Shown here in pieces: positions 46,501 to 59,700 of a DNA stretch of 64,000 nt. The stretch spans positions 124,001 to 188,000 of the forward strand of contig JAVECO010000019.1 in assembly GCA_051942205.1 (NCBI GenBank). The letters run 5' to 3'. The notes beneath the pieces were generated by a model, which saw only the letters and a program-made list of their open reading frames with translations, had not been told where the DNA came from and did no database searches. This DNA comes from Coniocarpon cinnabarinum (lineage: Eukaryota). A program made the position numbers and the translations under genes. Within the stretch, counting starts at the first letter, position 1. Every line of letters begins with the position of its first letter.

Positions 46501-48587
46501 GCTTGTAGCCGTATGTGAAATTTCATCTGATGAGAATTTGACCTTTTTTGCGAGCAGACATGCCCCTTCAAGTAACGCTGATTACAAACAATGTATTCGT
46601 TGGCTCTGCAGGACCAGAAAAATTTCTGAGGCTGTCTTGGCAAGAGTTATATTAGTACATAGAACGCGCCTAAGCTTTGATTATGCTCGAAGCGGCAAGC
46701 AGCAAAGGATTTTGTTAACGTACCCTTCACAATCCGATGATGCAGCGGCACAAATTACGGGATTCCTGGGATCAACGCCTGATTCCTCGTCATTGAAGCG
46801 TGAAAAGATTGCTAGCCGCATATTGTTCTCACTGAGCTCTTCTCTTATTTGTGATAAGTCGTCTTGCAAACTGGAACTGATGCCAAGGTCGATCTCATCA
46901 AGGCCATCAACGATTGCAAATGCATTCTGGAACTTGCCAAGCTCAGCCTTTAGTGCGCGTTTACAAACGCTGCGCTCAACGGTTCGAGTCCTGCATCCTT
47001 CCTCCAACAGCTCAGCGAGTTCTTCTGATGGTTCGAACGTATGGGTGTGTTCGAGAAGCTGCCGTATAAGAATGCAGAGGCACTGTTCCACAGACCTGAT
47101 GCGGTCGCGTTGGATGTCAAGTCGTAAACTAAGCACAGGCGCATTCATCCCAGAAACTGCAGCCTTCACAAATTGAGTGACCTGATGACTGAGTATGGTC
47201 TCTACTAATCAGCGGTCTTGCAACAAACGCAGTCAGAAAGCATACCTTTCCAATACCTGGATCTCCTATGCAACGTAATTCAGCTGGAAAACGACCTTGT
47301 TGCCACGTGCGAAAGGATTCATCGACGAACCAGCACCAGTCCTCAAAAAGGCCTACAGGATCACTGGGCTCTCTCGAAGGAACTACTGGAACACTCGGTC
47401 TGTCCCAGCAGTCTTTTGAGGGAACAAGGAACTCCTTGATCTCTTGCCTCTTGAGAGCCTTCTGTGCAGCTAGTAGTCCCTGTCGAAGTCAAGGGGTGTC
47501 ATTGAAGTGGCAGCGACTCGTGAGAGATCTTTCACGAACCTCGTTTGCCTCGCTCATATTGCGTTCGATGGTTGCGTTGCTCGCTTGCCCTTCAGCAACT
47601 AGCCTTGAAATACTTCTTGCACAAGCTGCAGCCGTCAACGCAGCGTATCCCTGCCACGCGTCATTTTTGTGGCCATCAGCATAGTCAGATACGCCTATGA
47701 GGGAAAAGATTTGTCAGTGGTGGAAACGCAGCGCGTTGGAGGAATCTGACACAAATCGCACCCCGGATGACTAGACAAGGCAAAGTATTCATGACTCCAG
47801 CAGCTTCCATCTCAAAGCAGAGGATGTCGCCTCCAAGACCTTCGACGATCCTGTCTCGTTCAGCACCATCTTTCATGAGAATATCGGATGATGCAATGAT
47901 TCCCTGAAAAACTTTCGGCGGGGGTTCTCGGAACCCTTGTCTTTTGATGCCCGTAGGGTCGCAGTTGGAGCAGTTTGTATGCTCACCAGACTTGTGGAGA
48001 ATGCTTGTCCGATATAATCTGTCTGGTGCCTCTCGCGGGAACCGATAACGATCTTTCTCCCCAGCAAAACTTTTCAATCTACTGATGTTTTCCATAAGGT
48101 CGTCACATCTGCACCGAATGTTGCTGTCCAAGGTCTGAGCAGCTGACAAGAGAGATTTGGGAGGTGAATTGAGGTGACCTCTCGGTTCAAATGTTCCATC
48201 GTCTTTCTTCGCGCCACGATATGCTTGAACAACGCCCCCAGTGGTACCCTTGGGCTTGCTGATGACAACATCGCCGAGATGCATGTCTTCATTCAAAGGA
48301 ACGCCTCCGCCAATGCCAACAAGTAATCCCACATGCAAGTTTGGGAAGCTGCTGCGCATCCTGATGGCGACATCAGTAGCTGCACTCTCACCCATTGAGC
48401 CTGCAAGGCCAGTCATGACAACCTTGAGTGTCTTGATCCGGCCACAATGGTATATGTAACCGCCATCATGTCGACTCGAGGATGGGCACGGATAGCTCTC
48501 GTCGAACATCATCCTAGCAGCAGTCAGTTCGATTTCTAACGGGCAAATCCACCCAACTGTGTATTCATCACGCCCAATGCCACCCAT
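43524..48587 (-). CDS. Fungal NLR-like protein: PNP_UDP nucleoside-phosphorylase effector, NACHT and ankyrin repeats (about 1600 aa); introns 47695-47761, 47480-47539, 47200-47245, 46636-46723
   Basis: PNP motifs YTVGWICPLEIE, VGIGGGVP, CFEMEAAG, IRG|VSDYADGHKND. Walker A GDPGIGK|T, Walker B AIVDGLDE, AQGSFLFARL, YAAVHWPEH. Many ankyrin repeats (GYTPLINAA, GETALHDAC, RTALHLAA). Spliced length is 4803 nt, in frame. Confidence 0.85.
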
Positions 48588-49912
48588 GCTGAATCTCTTC
48601 TAATTCACATCATTAACATTGGAACTTAGTAGACGTAAATCAGCCACTATCCAAGCGATTGGAAAGTCTGACTGGTCCACAGAGCCACTCTAAAGAGGCG
48701 TTGTGCTTGGCAGGCGCGCATGTGGTACACGTGATAAGCCGTGTAGCAGTCAGCTAGAAGTAGCCTAGCCGCTCTTGATCACAAAAGATACAAGGTACCG
48801 TATCATGGTTTTCGAGTGCAGTGCTGTACGAGACTAAAAATATCCATTTCGCAGACGAGGATGGTACCCCAATCCAATAATGGTATCATCGGGGAGTATC
48901 TCCGCCCGATGCCACAGTGGCTCACGAATTGCTTCAATCTATGACTGGTTTCTTGCAAGGAGATGCGCTGAGTTCGAGATGGTTGCAACGTAGACGAAAA
49001 GATCTCCGAGGAGAAGACGTTGAATCAGCTCGCTTCCATCGTTGCAAAATTGCTCGAGCTCTTGACCGTTTCAAAGATACAGTAGCGGCAGCGACGAAGC
49101 ATGAGGCAAAAGCATTCGCACCTTTTTTCCCCGCTTCAATAATTATTTGACAACGGCGGAGTCGCCTGTACGACGATGTATCCGTACGGGGTGGGAAGGT
49201 GATTGACAAGGTGTGGGAGGAGAGGGGTTTAGCCTGAATACGCTTGGCCGGATAGAACTGAGCTAGGCTCGTTGAGGCCAAGCGCTCCCGCCTACCCGCA
49301 CGGGACGGGAAGGGCCCAGCCAATCTTTCGCAGTTGGCCAGCGCGCGCCTTGGCATTGCGCCCCTTGTCGACTTACCTTACGGCTCGCAAAGCACTGCAT
49401 TTTGGTGCAACGAAACATCTTGTTCGGGAGCCTCGCGGCCACGCACTCACGAAGCTTGTGCGTGTTTCTCTCGGTAACTCTCTTGGCACGTCAACGCTGG
49501 CAGTAGGACGACCGACTCGGCATGCCGGTGAAACAAGTGATTTATGCCACTCGACGGCATGTCTGCAGGTATGACATGAATCAGAAGAGTGGCTCACTCA
49601 CCGACGACCCAGGCGTCCAGGCGTCCGAGACTAGCTTGGTCACGCCTGCATTTCATCGTGCGAGGCAGACTAGAAGTAGCTTACGTTGACCCGGCAGTGG
49701 CAGTGCTGCATCAGGAGCAGCGTTGGGAGACGCAGGCCCACGGGTAACACGAACATGTGAGGGGTGGTCTTGACCGGCGAAGTTTCCACAGGATGCAGTC
49801 AACGATGCTATTCTTTCCTTGCCTTTCCGTCAAGCGTGATTGAAGTTCTGCATTTTCACTGTCCGTGGACATTGGGCTTTTCTCTCCATAGGAATCTGCC
49901 ATAGGCTGCGTC

Positions 49913-52900
49913 ATGCTACCTACGGGCGCTCTCGCAATTTTATCTTCCCTTTCGCTGATATACGGGATAACTGCGGCGGCTCTTGAAACTCAGCAAAAGA
50001 ACCCAGATGGTGATGCTCCAGTTGGACTAAGGCTACGCGCTTCCTCTACACAAGAGCGCGCCGGTTTACACGATTCTTACTCATCTAAAGCTGTACTGGC
50101 AAGGCAAAGCGATGCAATACAAGACCATTGCGCATACATCTATGAACACAACAGAAGTAAGCCAAGCCAGAGACCCACTTCAGAACTTGCAGTGGGCTGA
50201 TTTAGCAGCAGCAACGATATTTCCAGCGGCGTTGGTGCATGCTTGCCTCAAGAGCGTGCCGCTGGATATTACCGCTGCTCGCGAGGTAAGCAAGGCTTTG
50301 CTAAGACTTTTGCTTGCGGTGTTGAGGATGTCGCAAATGAGTCGCTAAGGCTTTCACACTTGCCATTAGACGATTAAATACGTTTCGGAGACGATTCTCA
50401 TGCAGTCAACCTTGGATTACCTCCTCGACCCTCCGTCAAGCTATCAGCAACCTCTGATCGACGTGACGCAAATGCTTGGAATGCTTGATGAGCTGCTCCA
50501 AATGGGTGCACTTAATGATCAGTACTCATTTGAGACAGCGTTGCAGCGTGTTGCGTTGCGCATGCATGATGGACATGTGGCATTTCCAATGCCACTCACC
50601 GATGCTGTGACATTTGGGAGTCCTCTGACCTTGATGTCGCTCTCGGGAACTAACGATGGACGTGATTTTCCCAAGATATATGTATCTAGTTGGTCGCGCT
50701 CTCATATCGCTTTTGCGACTGATGACGGCTGACATGAGAGTAGGCGACCTTCAGAGAAGCGACTATATTCGATCCGCAGTCGTTGCGATCAATGGTTACG
50801 ATACCTACAACTACCTTGAGCGCTACGCCCGACTTACAGTGTCTGGGAACATCGACCCGCAGGCAGACTGGAATGACCTTTTTGACAGTTTCGCCGCGCT
50901 GACAATAGATTCCTTCTCCTCGTTCGATATGGCCTCTCCAATATTCGTTGACGAGCAAATATCCTTCAAATTTGAGAACGGATCGAGTACTGCCCCGGTT
51001 GACTATTATGCAAGCTTTGATATCTCGAGTTGTCCAACCGTGGCCAGTGGAAAAGATGTCTACGCATGTCTTGTCGCCCCTAGTGCGGGAGAAGCAGCAC
51101 AGAGCATTTTCTCAAATGATACCGAACCGGCTTATTCAACTGCAAGTGTGGACGCAAGCCCGTGGCCTTCTAATGCATTGTATGCTCTGACTACAGCCGC
51201 CATACCAACACTGAATATTGCAGAACGCATCTATAATGCAATGGCGGGCCCGAGAGCGACGGCGACCCCTGTTGAGTCAGACCCTTTGAAAAGCGTACGA
51301 CCGACGCTGCAGCCTCGGAAGCGTGCCCAAGGCTAGCGAGTGCCAAAGCCAGGTATGAAACAACGTGCAACGATTGGCGAACGTGCTACAATTTCGCAGC
51401 TTACCCCTCTGATCCTGTCATTGCTCAGCCGGATCTCGGCGGTGATGGATTCGTTACAGGGTACTACGTCAAAGTAAATAAGACTTACAGCTTCGGCGTA
51501 CTTAGCATTCCCACTTTTGATGTTACCGGTGAAGCCATTGCTACTTTTTCAGACACAATCGCTTGTTTCATTCAAAGGACTCAAACCGATAGAATTACAG
51601 AGGTCGTGATCGATTTGCAACGCAACAAAGGTGGCTCATCTATTCTAGCTTGGAATACATTCAGTCAGGTTAGTAAGAGACTTACTGCATGGGTTTACGA
51701 ACTGTTAATATTATTACTTCGTAGTTCTTTCCAGACATCATACCCTTCGCGGGCAGTCGACTTCGCGCCACGCATGTAACAAACGACATTGGCGCAGCTT
51801 TGACACCCTTTGGAGAAAGTATCCAGGAGAAGAAAAACGCGTCCTATGGAGATTTTCTCGATGATCCCTGGGCTGTCACAAAGTACATCAATCCACGGAC
51901 TGATTCCCGCTTCACAAGTTGGCCATCATTCTTCCAATCTCTTGATCAGGATTCTCGCGGCGAGTTCACTGCGGTAGTAAGTATATCATCCGTGCTTTTC
52001 CACTGGCAAGGTTTTCTGACAATCTGTGCGTACTCAGAAACGCACGAACCTTAGATACAATGATTTCGACAGGGCAGCCACCGCTGATGATGCTAGTGAG
52101 CGTCAATACGGTATCACGTACGGACGGAATATAGCCGACACAGCGCCGCCGTTCGATGTCGATAGCATTCTCCTTCTTACAGATGGCCTCTGCGGCTCCG
52201 CGTGCGCTCTATTCGCCGAAGCCATGACGCATGAGGTAGGTGTCAAGACTGTTGTTGTGGGCGGTCACCCTCAGCCGGGCCTCATGCAAGCCGTGGGCGG
52301 AACGCGTGGCTCTCAAAAGTGGGACTCAATCTCCGTGGATCACGACAAAGCGCTCGCACATGAACTACTTAGATCAGATGCACACCGAGTCTTAGCAACC
52401 CGCAATCCTGGCATCCTGAGTGATACAGTGACCTTCACACTCGCCGACCAAATCCGTCGAGGCGAATACGCGCCGCTTCAGTTCTCTTATGAGCCTGCGA
52501 ACTGCCGTATCTTCTACACCTTTGAAAACTATCGCGACTACAACCGTCTATGGACGGACGCTGCAGACGCACTCTGGGGTATCAATCACTATCAATCAGC
52601 AACCTGCGTGGATGGTTCTCGGTATGACTATCCTAGAGGCGCAGCCATCACTGACTTTACCGGCCCATTCGAGGACGACAAAAACCAATGGCGTGCTTGG
52701 GGTCGTCTTCACGTATCAGAAGCTACGCGCACGGACACCAACAACGACCCAGCATACCGGTTCTCGGATCCAGGCAGTCCATTTGAAGCGTTCAGTGGAA
52801 AGGTCGCCACATCGGGGTCCATCAACGGAGGTCTGTGGGTACAAGCGAACGGCCAAGGCCAGCAACGGAGCCGTCCGAATCGGATCCAAAAACTGAGAAA

Positions 52901-53108
52901 TCGGTGGCACAATGCTCAAACGAAAGTACACTTGCGACAGGCCGCTCTCAATGGGGCAGTGAGGTCTCCTCAGGCGAAGAGTACGAATGCTCCCTTCGAG
53001 CCAACAAAGGCACTCAAGGCGGAGGCTGCGACTTACGCAGCCTACGCAAGTGCTGTTGCATCGCAGTTGTGTGATTTGGATGCATGTCCGAATAGGCGGA
53101 AGAGTTGA
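49913..53108 (+). CDS. Secreted peptidase S41-family protein, multi-exon; unresolved frame change near 51180-51336
   Basis: Signal-peptide-like N-terminus, ACLKSVP, QSTLDYLLDPPSSYQQP, HDGH, AYPSDP...GFVTGYY, VVIDLQRNKGG, catalytic-type LTDGLCGSACALF, MQAVGGTRGS, PLQFSYEPANCRIFYT. Introns at about 50157-50205, 50286-50369, 50689-50743, 51669-51724 and 51977-52037. Confidence 0.8.
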
Positions 53109-53734
53109 TGAAGCGGGGACATCACGATTCGGCAAGGAAATAAAGTACGACTAAGCTCAGCATCTACGTTTGCATGATCCATGTTAGTCACGATAGGCTT
53201 TTCGGAACGTGAGACAGTTTTGAACACAGCTTGAATGTACTCTTGCAATCACCAAGACTCCCATGCCGTTCCACCTTCCTTCGTTGTCTGAAGTCACAGT
53301 CAGAGCAGGCTACTGAAAAGACTTCTCGAGAACTCTAGTAGACCGACGCATTGGATATATTGGACGTTGAGCTATAGATATAAGTTTGCGCAGGGCTGTT
53401 GGCGTACAACGGGAGCGATTGCCCTTACCGAAAGTGTGAATCATGTTTATCTGAGGATTGGAAGCCCTGCAACGACTGAGTGTTACTGGCATGCGACTAT
53501 GAACTTAACCGAGTATGCCATTGGGGATGGATATGGGTTTAGTTGTTACCATCTTGGTCGTTCAATTCATTATTTATCGATTGCTCTGCAACTCTGATGA
53601 AGATGTAATATCCTTGTAATCATCCACCTATCCGACTCCAATGTATTCCTCCTAGACTCCTCAACGCCATCCCAGCTGTTGAATACCACAAATCGTACAG
53701 GTCCATCTCTCTTAGATTCGTCTCCATCATCAAT

Positions 53735-56700
53735 CTACGCTGTGCTCAACTCCTCCGCCACGTTCTGTGCTAGTGAATGCACATTCGTCGTCTTTGCCAA
53801 CAGCGTCAAGAACGGAATGTCCACCTTGAAGAGTTGGTAGAACCATGATCGGAACTCCGCAGCCAGCATGCTGTCCATGCCGAAGTCGCTGAGCGCCTGC
53901 GAGGGATCAAGCTTCTCAAGCGGCAGCAGGATGAAGTTGCAGAATTTGCGGGCGATGACACCTTGTACCGCCTCATTGAGCGGGGCACCGGCTTCCATCG
54001 CTTCGGCAATCTCAGTGGGGAGGCCACTAGCACTGGAGCCACCGGCGCCGCCGCTAGCGCCCAAAGCCGAGAGAAGAACAGTGGCTCTCGGGTCGTGAAG
54101 GACAGGCGACTCGCCTTCGAAGCCCTTCTTGCGCAGGTTCTTGAGGCCGAACGGCTCGAGACCGGTAAGGACATGGGATGCGGCGTTGGCGTCCTCGGCG
54201 CACGCATGTTGGGCGTCACTGCTCAATGCCAGGTCCACAATCTGCAACATCTCGCCCTCGGAAATGGCTTGAATGCCCTTGCGCAAGAGGATGGCCTCGA
54301 TCTCGGGGTTCTCGTGGAGGTAGCCGACCTCGGAGATCATGCCCAGGCCGATGGAACGTGCCGGCAGGCCTTGCGCGTGGCGGAACCGCGCGAAGGTATC
54401 CAGGAAGAAGTTACCGGCGCAGTAATTACTCTCGGTCGCGGTACCGACGCTACCAGAGATAGAGGAGGTCATCAGGAAGAAGTCGAGCTCCGCGTCCTTG
54501 CCCTTAATGGCGTTGTGGAGGTTCCAGGTGCCGATGACCTTGGGGTCGATACCGGTGTGCCAATACTCGTTTGGCATGGTGGTGAAGAGAGATTCCTGAA
54601 GCTTTGTCAGACGTGGATCATCAGAGGTTGAGAGGATGAGCGACTCACGTTCAGGCCCATGGCTGCTTGGATAACACCGCCAATCGGTCCTTTGATGGCG
54701 GCAACAGCCTTTTCGACGTCCGCATAGCGGACGACATCGCCACGCACCACAGTCACTTGGGCGCCTTGGTCTTCCAAGTCTTCCACAAGTTGACGGGCAG
54801 GAGTTCTGTCAGTCCCGGAACGTCCAAGGAACACAAATTTGCGGGCGCCGCGCGACATCATCCATTTGGACATGCTTCGCCCAAGACCTCCCAAGCATCC
54901 AATCATCAGGTATGATTTGTCAGCGGAGAAGACACTGCTGTGCTTGGGTGGCAGATACTGCATTCACGTTAGTAATTGTTCAACAAATCCCATGGGGCTG
55001 GTGGGACAAACCTGAACCATAGCAGTCGGGTCTTCAAGAGACACGACGATCTTGCCCATCCTGTTGATCACTCCAAACTCCTGGAAGGCGGCTGCTACCT
55101 CTGACGCATCGAAGTGGGCAACTTGAGCATTGCGGATATGTCCAGCGCGGTAGAGGTTCATGGTCTCTTGGAGCAGCTCATTCCATGTACGATGATGGCT
55201 GGGGCTGGAGCTCTCGTACAGCTGACCGAGGTCAAACGCAGAGAAAGTGGCGCTCTGTTTGAACTTGGACATCTCCAAGACACCCGCGTCAGCAATGTCC
55301 TTCTTACCTAGTTCGATGAAGCGACCAAATGGAGCACAAGCCCTCCAGCTATCATGCAGGAGGTCGCCTGAGAGCGAGTTGAGCACTACGTCCACACCGG
55401 TTCCATTTGTAGCTGACATGATGGCAGGCAGGAAGCTGGAATCGTGAGAGTTGAAGATGTGGCTCGGGTTGAGTCCAAACTCATCAGCAAGATACTCTCT
55501 CTTCGACTCAGAGCCAGCGGTCGCGTAGATTTCAGCACGGAGGATCTGGGCGATCTGAATGGCAGCAAGGCCAAGGCCGCCGGCAGCTGAGTGAATCAAG
55601 ACAGATTCACCTTGGCGAAGATTGGCTCGGTTCTTGAGAGCGTACAGCGCCGTTGAGAAGACGAGCGGCAGTGCAGCAACATCTGTAGCAGCCTCTCTGT
55701 CCTCAAGCTTGACACAGGCCCACTCCGGCAATTGCTTGACGGTAGCAAACTGCGATGGAGCCATGCTGACCACGCGATCACCCCTTTGGAGGTTTTTGAC
55801 AGAGGGACCGACATTGGTAATAACGCCAACTGCGTCGCTGTTACAAGCTGCGTCTTTGGTTTCCACCTTGCCAGTGAGGGTGTAGTAGTCCTTTGCGTTG
55901 ATTCCAGCAGCTGTAACGGACATCTCAACATGATCAGCGGGCAAAGATTCCAAAGTCGACGGCTTGAAGTGCAAAGTGTCAAGTTGACCAACAGATTCCA
56001 CAGACAACTGAGCAGCTCCAATGTCTGCAACCCGAGTTGGGACCAGACCCGCACGTTGTCGGCGCGTGAAAGTCGCGTTGATCTCCGGCTCTTCCACAAA
56101 ACGGCTTACGTGCAGAACGCCGCCCTTCTGAACGTATTCAAAATCGGGCTTGGCTTCTGAAAGAAGCTGGGTGAGGACCGTAATGATGTTGTTGGTCGTG
56201 TGCTTGTGGTCAGTGTTACCCCTCTCTAAATCCAACGTGCTGAACGTTAATGACGGCTGCTCGAGCATCAAGGCACGCGACAAGCCATTTACTAGACCCA
56301 TGTCGGGTTGTGCACCGTTCAGCAGATCTCCGTTGGTCACCCAAAGGAGGTTCGCAGCATTGTCTGTAAGCACCTTGACTGCATGGTACTCGCTGTCTGT
56401 GCTGCCGGCAAGCAAAGGCTCGGCGGCCTCGAACAAACATACAACAGTGGATTTGGCGGGCAGAGCGGCAACGGAGAGCTTCGAAAGCGGCAAGACGACG
56501 ACGTCGGTCGCGAAAGTCTGGCTCAGTGTCTCCTTGAGCTCTGTCTGCCATTCTGTGAGGCGTTCTTCACGAGTCGCAAGAACCAGGCTCGATTTCATCA
56601 TCGCGTCCTTTGTCTTCTGGCTGGGCCGTTGAGCAAATACGAGGCTCTCTGAGCTCGTAGGAGACGTCTTTGTTTCTGCGACTTCGAAGCCAACTTCGAT

Positions 56701-59700
56701 TAGTTTCTTGATCGAGGCTGCCTCAAGAGATCCCAATACGTAGCTGGCTTGAGCGACAAACGGGTCCTGCATATCAGTAGCAGCAGTAGCTATGACAACA
56801 TCAAATGTTTCGTCCGTGTTGGCAGTGCCTTCGTGCTTCTTCACGGCCTCAACAGTTGAATACTGCTCAAGTTGAATCTTCTCATCCTCGCCCACAAGCT
56901 TGCGAGCGTATTTGGCGCATCGAGCATATCCGGATCCCACGTGTAGTTGCTCTGCAACACTCATGGAAAGTGTTGTGTCATTCATGCTGAGGTCAACGTA
57001 GCTGAGCCCAGCGTCTTTGTGAGCCAGCGAGCCAGCGAGGGCAGCGAGATTTGTTCCGCTTGGCAAGTAGTTGTTGAGGTTGGCACTGGTGGCACGCGTG
57101 ACGTCTGGCTTCCACACTACCCGCAGCATGGGATGGCGGTCTTCGTCGTCTGTCTGTTGCTCACTACCCTGGTATGCAAGGCAACGAACCTCACGGAACT
57201 GTACAATAGTGTCTTGAGTCTGCTCGTCATACAGCTCGGACATGATGTCCACGGAGCCAAATCCGGTCTTCTCTGACTTTGCGTCGATTCGCCAGGTTGC
57301 CTCAGCATCCTTGGGTGGAGGTCGAATGCTCATGTGGCCGATGCGAACCGGAACTTTCGCATGCAAGTCATTGACGACACCACAAGATGTCGCAACTAGT
57401 GAACACTGAAGAAGCGCATCAATGGTTGCTGGGTGGACCATGTAGTCTGACTCAAGGTAATTGCTGTCAGTCTCAGGTACGAGATTCGTCTTTGCGCTCG
57501 CAATGGTTTCGTCACGGCGACGGGGGACGTTGATTTCCTTCATTGATCGGAAAGGCCCATCAAAATTGAGACCGACGTTCGCAAAGCGCTCGTACCATAC
57601 GCGGGGAGCGTTAGGCTGTAACTTGCCGGGCTCCAGGATAACTTGCCGATCGATAGAGGTACGAGCGTCGAGCGCAATCTCGCCACGCGCGTGGACAATG
57701 GCACCTTCACTAGCGAACGAAGAAATAGAAAACTCATACCACTTGCCGGAAGTCGATGCTGATGAAATTGATCGGGGACGCATCTCCGTGAAGATCTCAA
57801 CACCACTAGCAGCTTCATCTTCAAGGGTCAAGGCCGCAGCAATGGTCGTGTCCCGCAGATTGATTGACGAGACACTGTCAGCACTGGTTCCGGTGTATTG
57901 ACAAAGGGCTTCGACGGCCATTGCGAGATATGCAGCTCCTGGAACAACGGTCGTTTTGGACAGCTTGTGTCCAGGTAGCCACGGGAGGTCGTTACTTTTC
58001 AGCACGTTGCGCCAAGTCATGGTCAATTTGCTTCCCCCAAGGATGGCAGAGCCCAACAAATCATGACGTCTGTATTTGCGGTTGCGGTATTCGGTGCTTG
58101 CACGAGATTCGTTCCATAGATCTTGATCGTAAGTCCAATGGTAGTTGGGAAGGTTGACGAGGACCTTAGGGGTGGTGTAGCCACCATTGCCAGCTGCTGC
58201 TTCCGGGACTAGGTTGACAAGGTCAAAGGCAACATCATAGCCCGCGTTGAAAAGTTTTCCGACGACGCCGAGCGCAGTGACGACTGAATGTTTACCTCGT
58301 GTCAGTGCCGATGCGTAGGGCAACGACGTGTTTTCCAGAGTCGCAGTAGTCTGCTTGATAGGCAGTTCAAGCGCGCCGTGGGGGCCCAGCTCGATGAGGA
58401 AGTATTTCTGGCTCTCCACAAGGGCTTTGACGGCGCCAGCAAAGCGCACAGGGTTTTCAAGATTCGAGCGCCAGTAGGCTGCAGTCCTGGTCTGGTTTGA
58501 AACAACCTCCTCGTTAGTGACAGAAGACACAAATTTTGTACCGGTGAACTTCGTAGGTGGCCGGTTAGGCAGTTGTCTCAAAGCCTCTGTCAAAAGCGCC
58601 TCATATTCGTCGCCAATCGCGGCCATGTGGTGGGAGTGGTAGGCCCGACCGTCGGTCTTGAGTTTTCGAGCGAATGTGCCTTTGTTCTGCAAATCAGTGA
58701 AGAGCACATCAATACCTTCGGAGTCGCCACTGATTGTCACGCTTTCCGGGCTGTTCACGCACGCCACACGGATTGAGGACTGAAGTTTCAGATCTGCGAT
58801 GACTTCATTTGCTGCTTCAGGTGAAAGGCCCGCAGCCATCATTGTACCATTTAGCTGACTCTTGGCCACAACGAAGCCACGATAGTAAGCTGAGACGATA
58901 GCTTCGCCTGCATCCATGTGTCCAGCAGCAAAGGCAGCTGCAATTTCTCCAGAAGAATGTCCGATCACGGCAGCAGGGTTTACGTTCCAGCTCCGGTACA
59001 ATTCGACGAGTGCAACCTGAATGGCCGTACAGACAGGTTGTGAGTGAGACGCTTTGTTGATCTGGCTCGTCTCGACGGGCTCCAAGATGGCAGATTCGAG
59101 TGTCCATGCAGGTGGATGAGGCACAGACTTGAGGACTGCATCAAGGCTCTGGATACTGGCTTTGAAGATGGGAAACTCGGCCATCAGCTCACGGCCCATG
59201 CCTGCCCATTGAGCGCCCTGCCCCGTGAAAACGAAGGCATAAGGGAGCGTTTGCTGACCTGTGCCCTCGCCAGCGATGACGTGATCTCCAGAGAGATCTA
59301 CAGGGAGCTTCCGCTGATCCGCTACAATGAATCCACGGGTGGAGAAGCGACTTCGATGTTCTGCCAAAGTATAGGCGAGGTCCGAGACGTTGGTCTGTCC
59401 AATTATCTCGCTAGATCCAAGATCATTTACCCATCCGAGCATAGAAGCCTTATTGTATGCTGAAAAGGGGAGTAAATAGTGCTCCCGAGTGGAAGTGTTG
59501 GGCGGGTTTGGATGTTGAACATTAGCGATGGAGGCTGGAACCCCCTCAAGAATGGCATGCGCGTTAGCGCCGCCGTAGCCGAACGAGTTAATACCAGCTC
59601 TCTTCGTCTCACACTTTGGCCATGCCGTTTGCTTGGACACGATCTCAACATTCCATTCGTCAAGCTTAATCTTGGGGTTTACATTCTTCACACCAATCGT

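Noticed and set aside
48600..49900. Small ORFs between the NLR and the S41 peptidase (possible amyloid-motif effector)
   Set aside because: No HeLo, gasdermin-like or N/Q/G-rich amyloid motif was recognised. The region looks like a divergent promoter.
53735..54595. Last PKS exon appears more GC-rich than the main exon
   Set aside because: Visual impression only, not quantified, and insufficient to claim chimerism.
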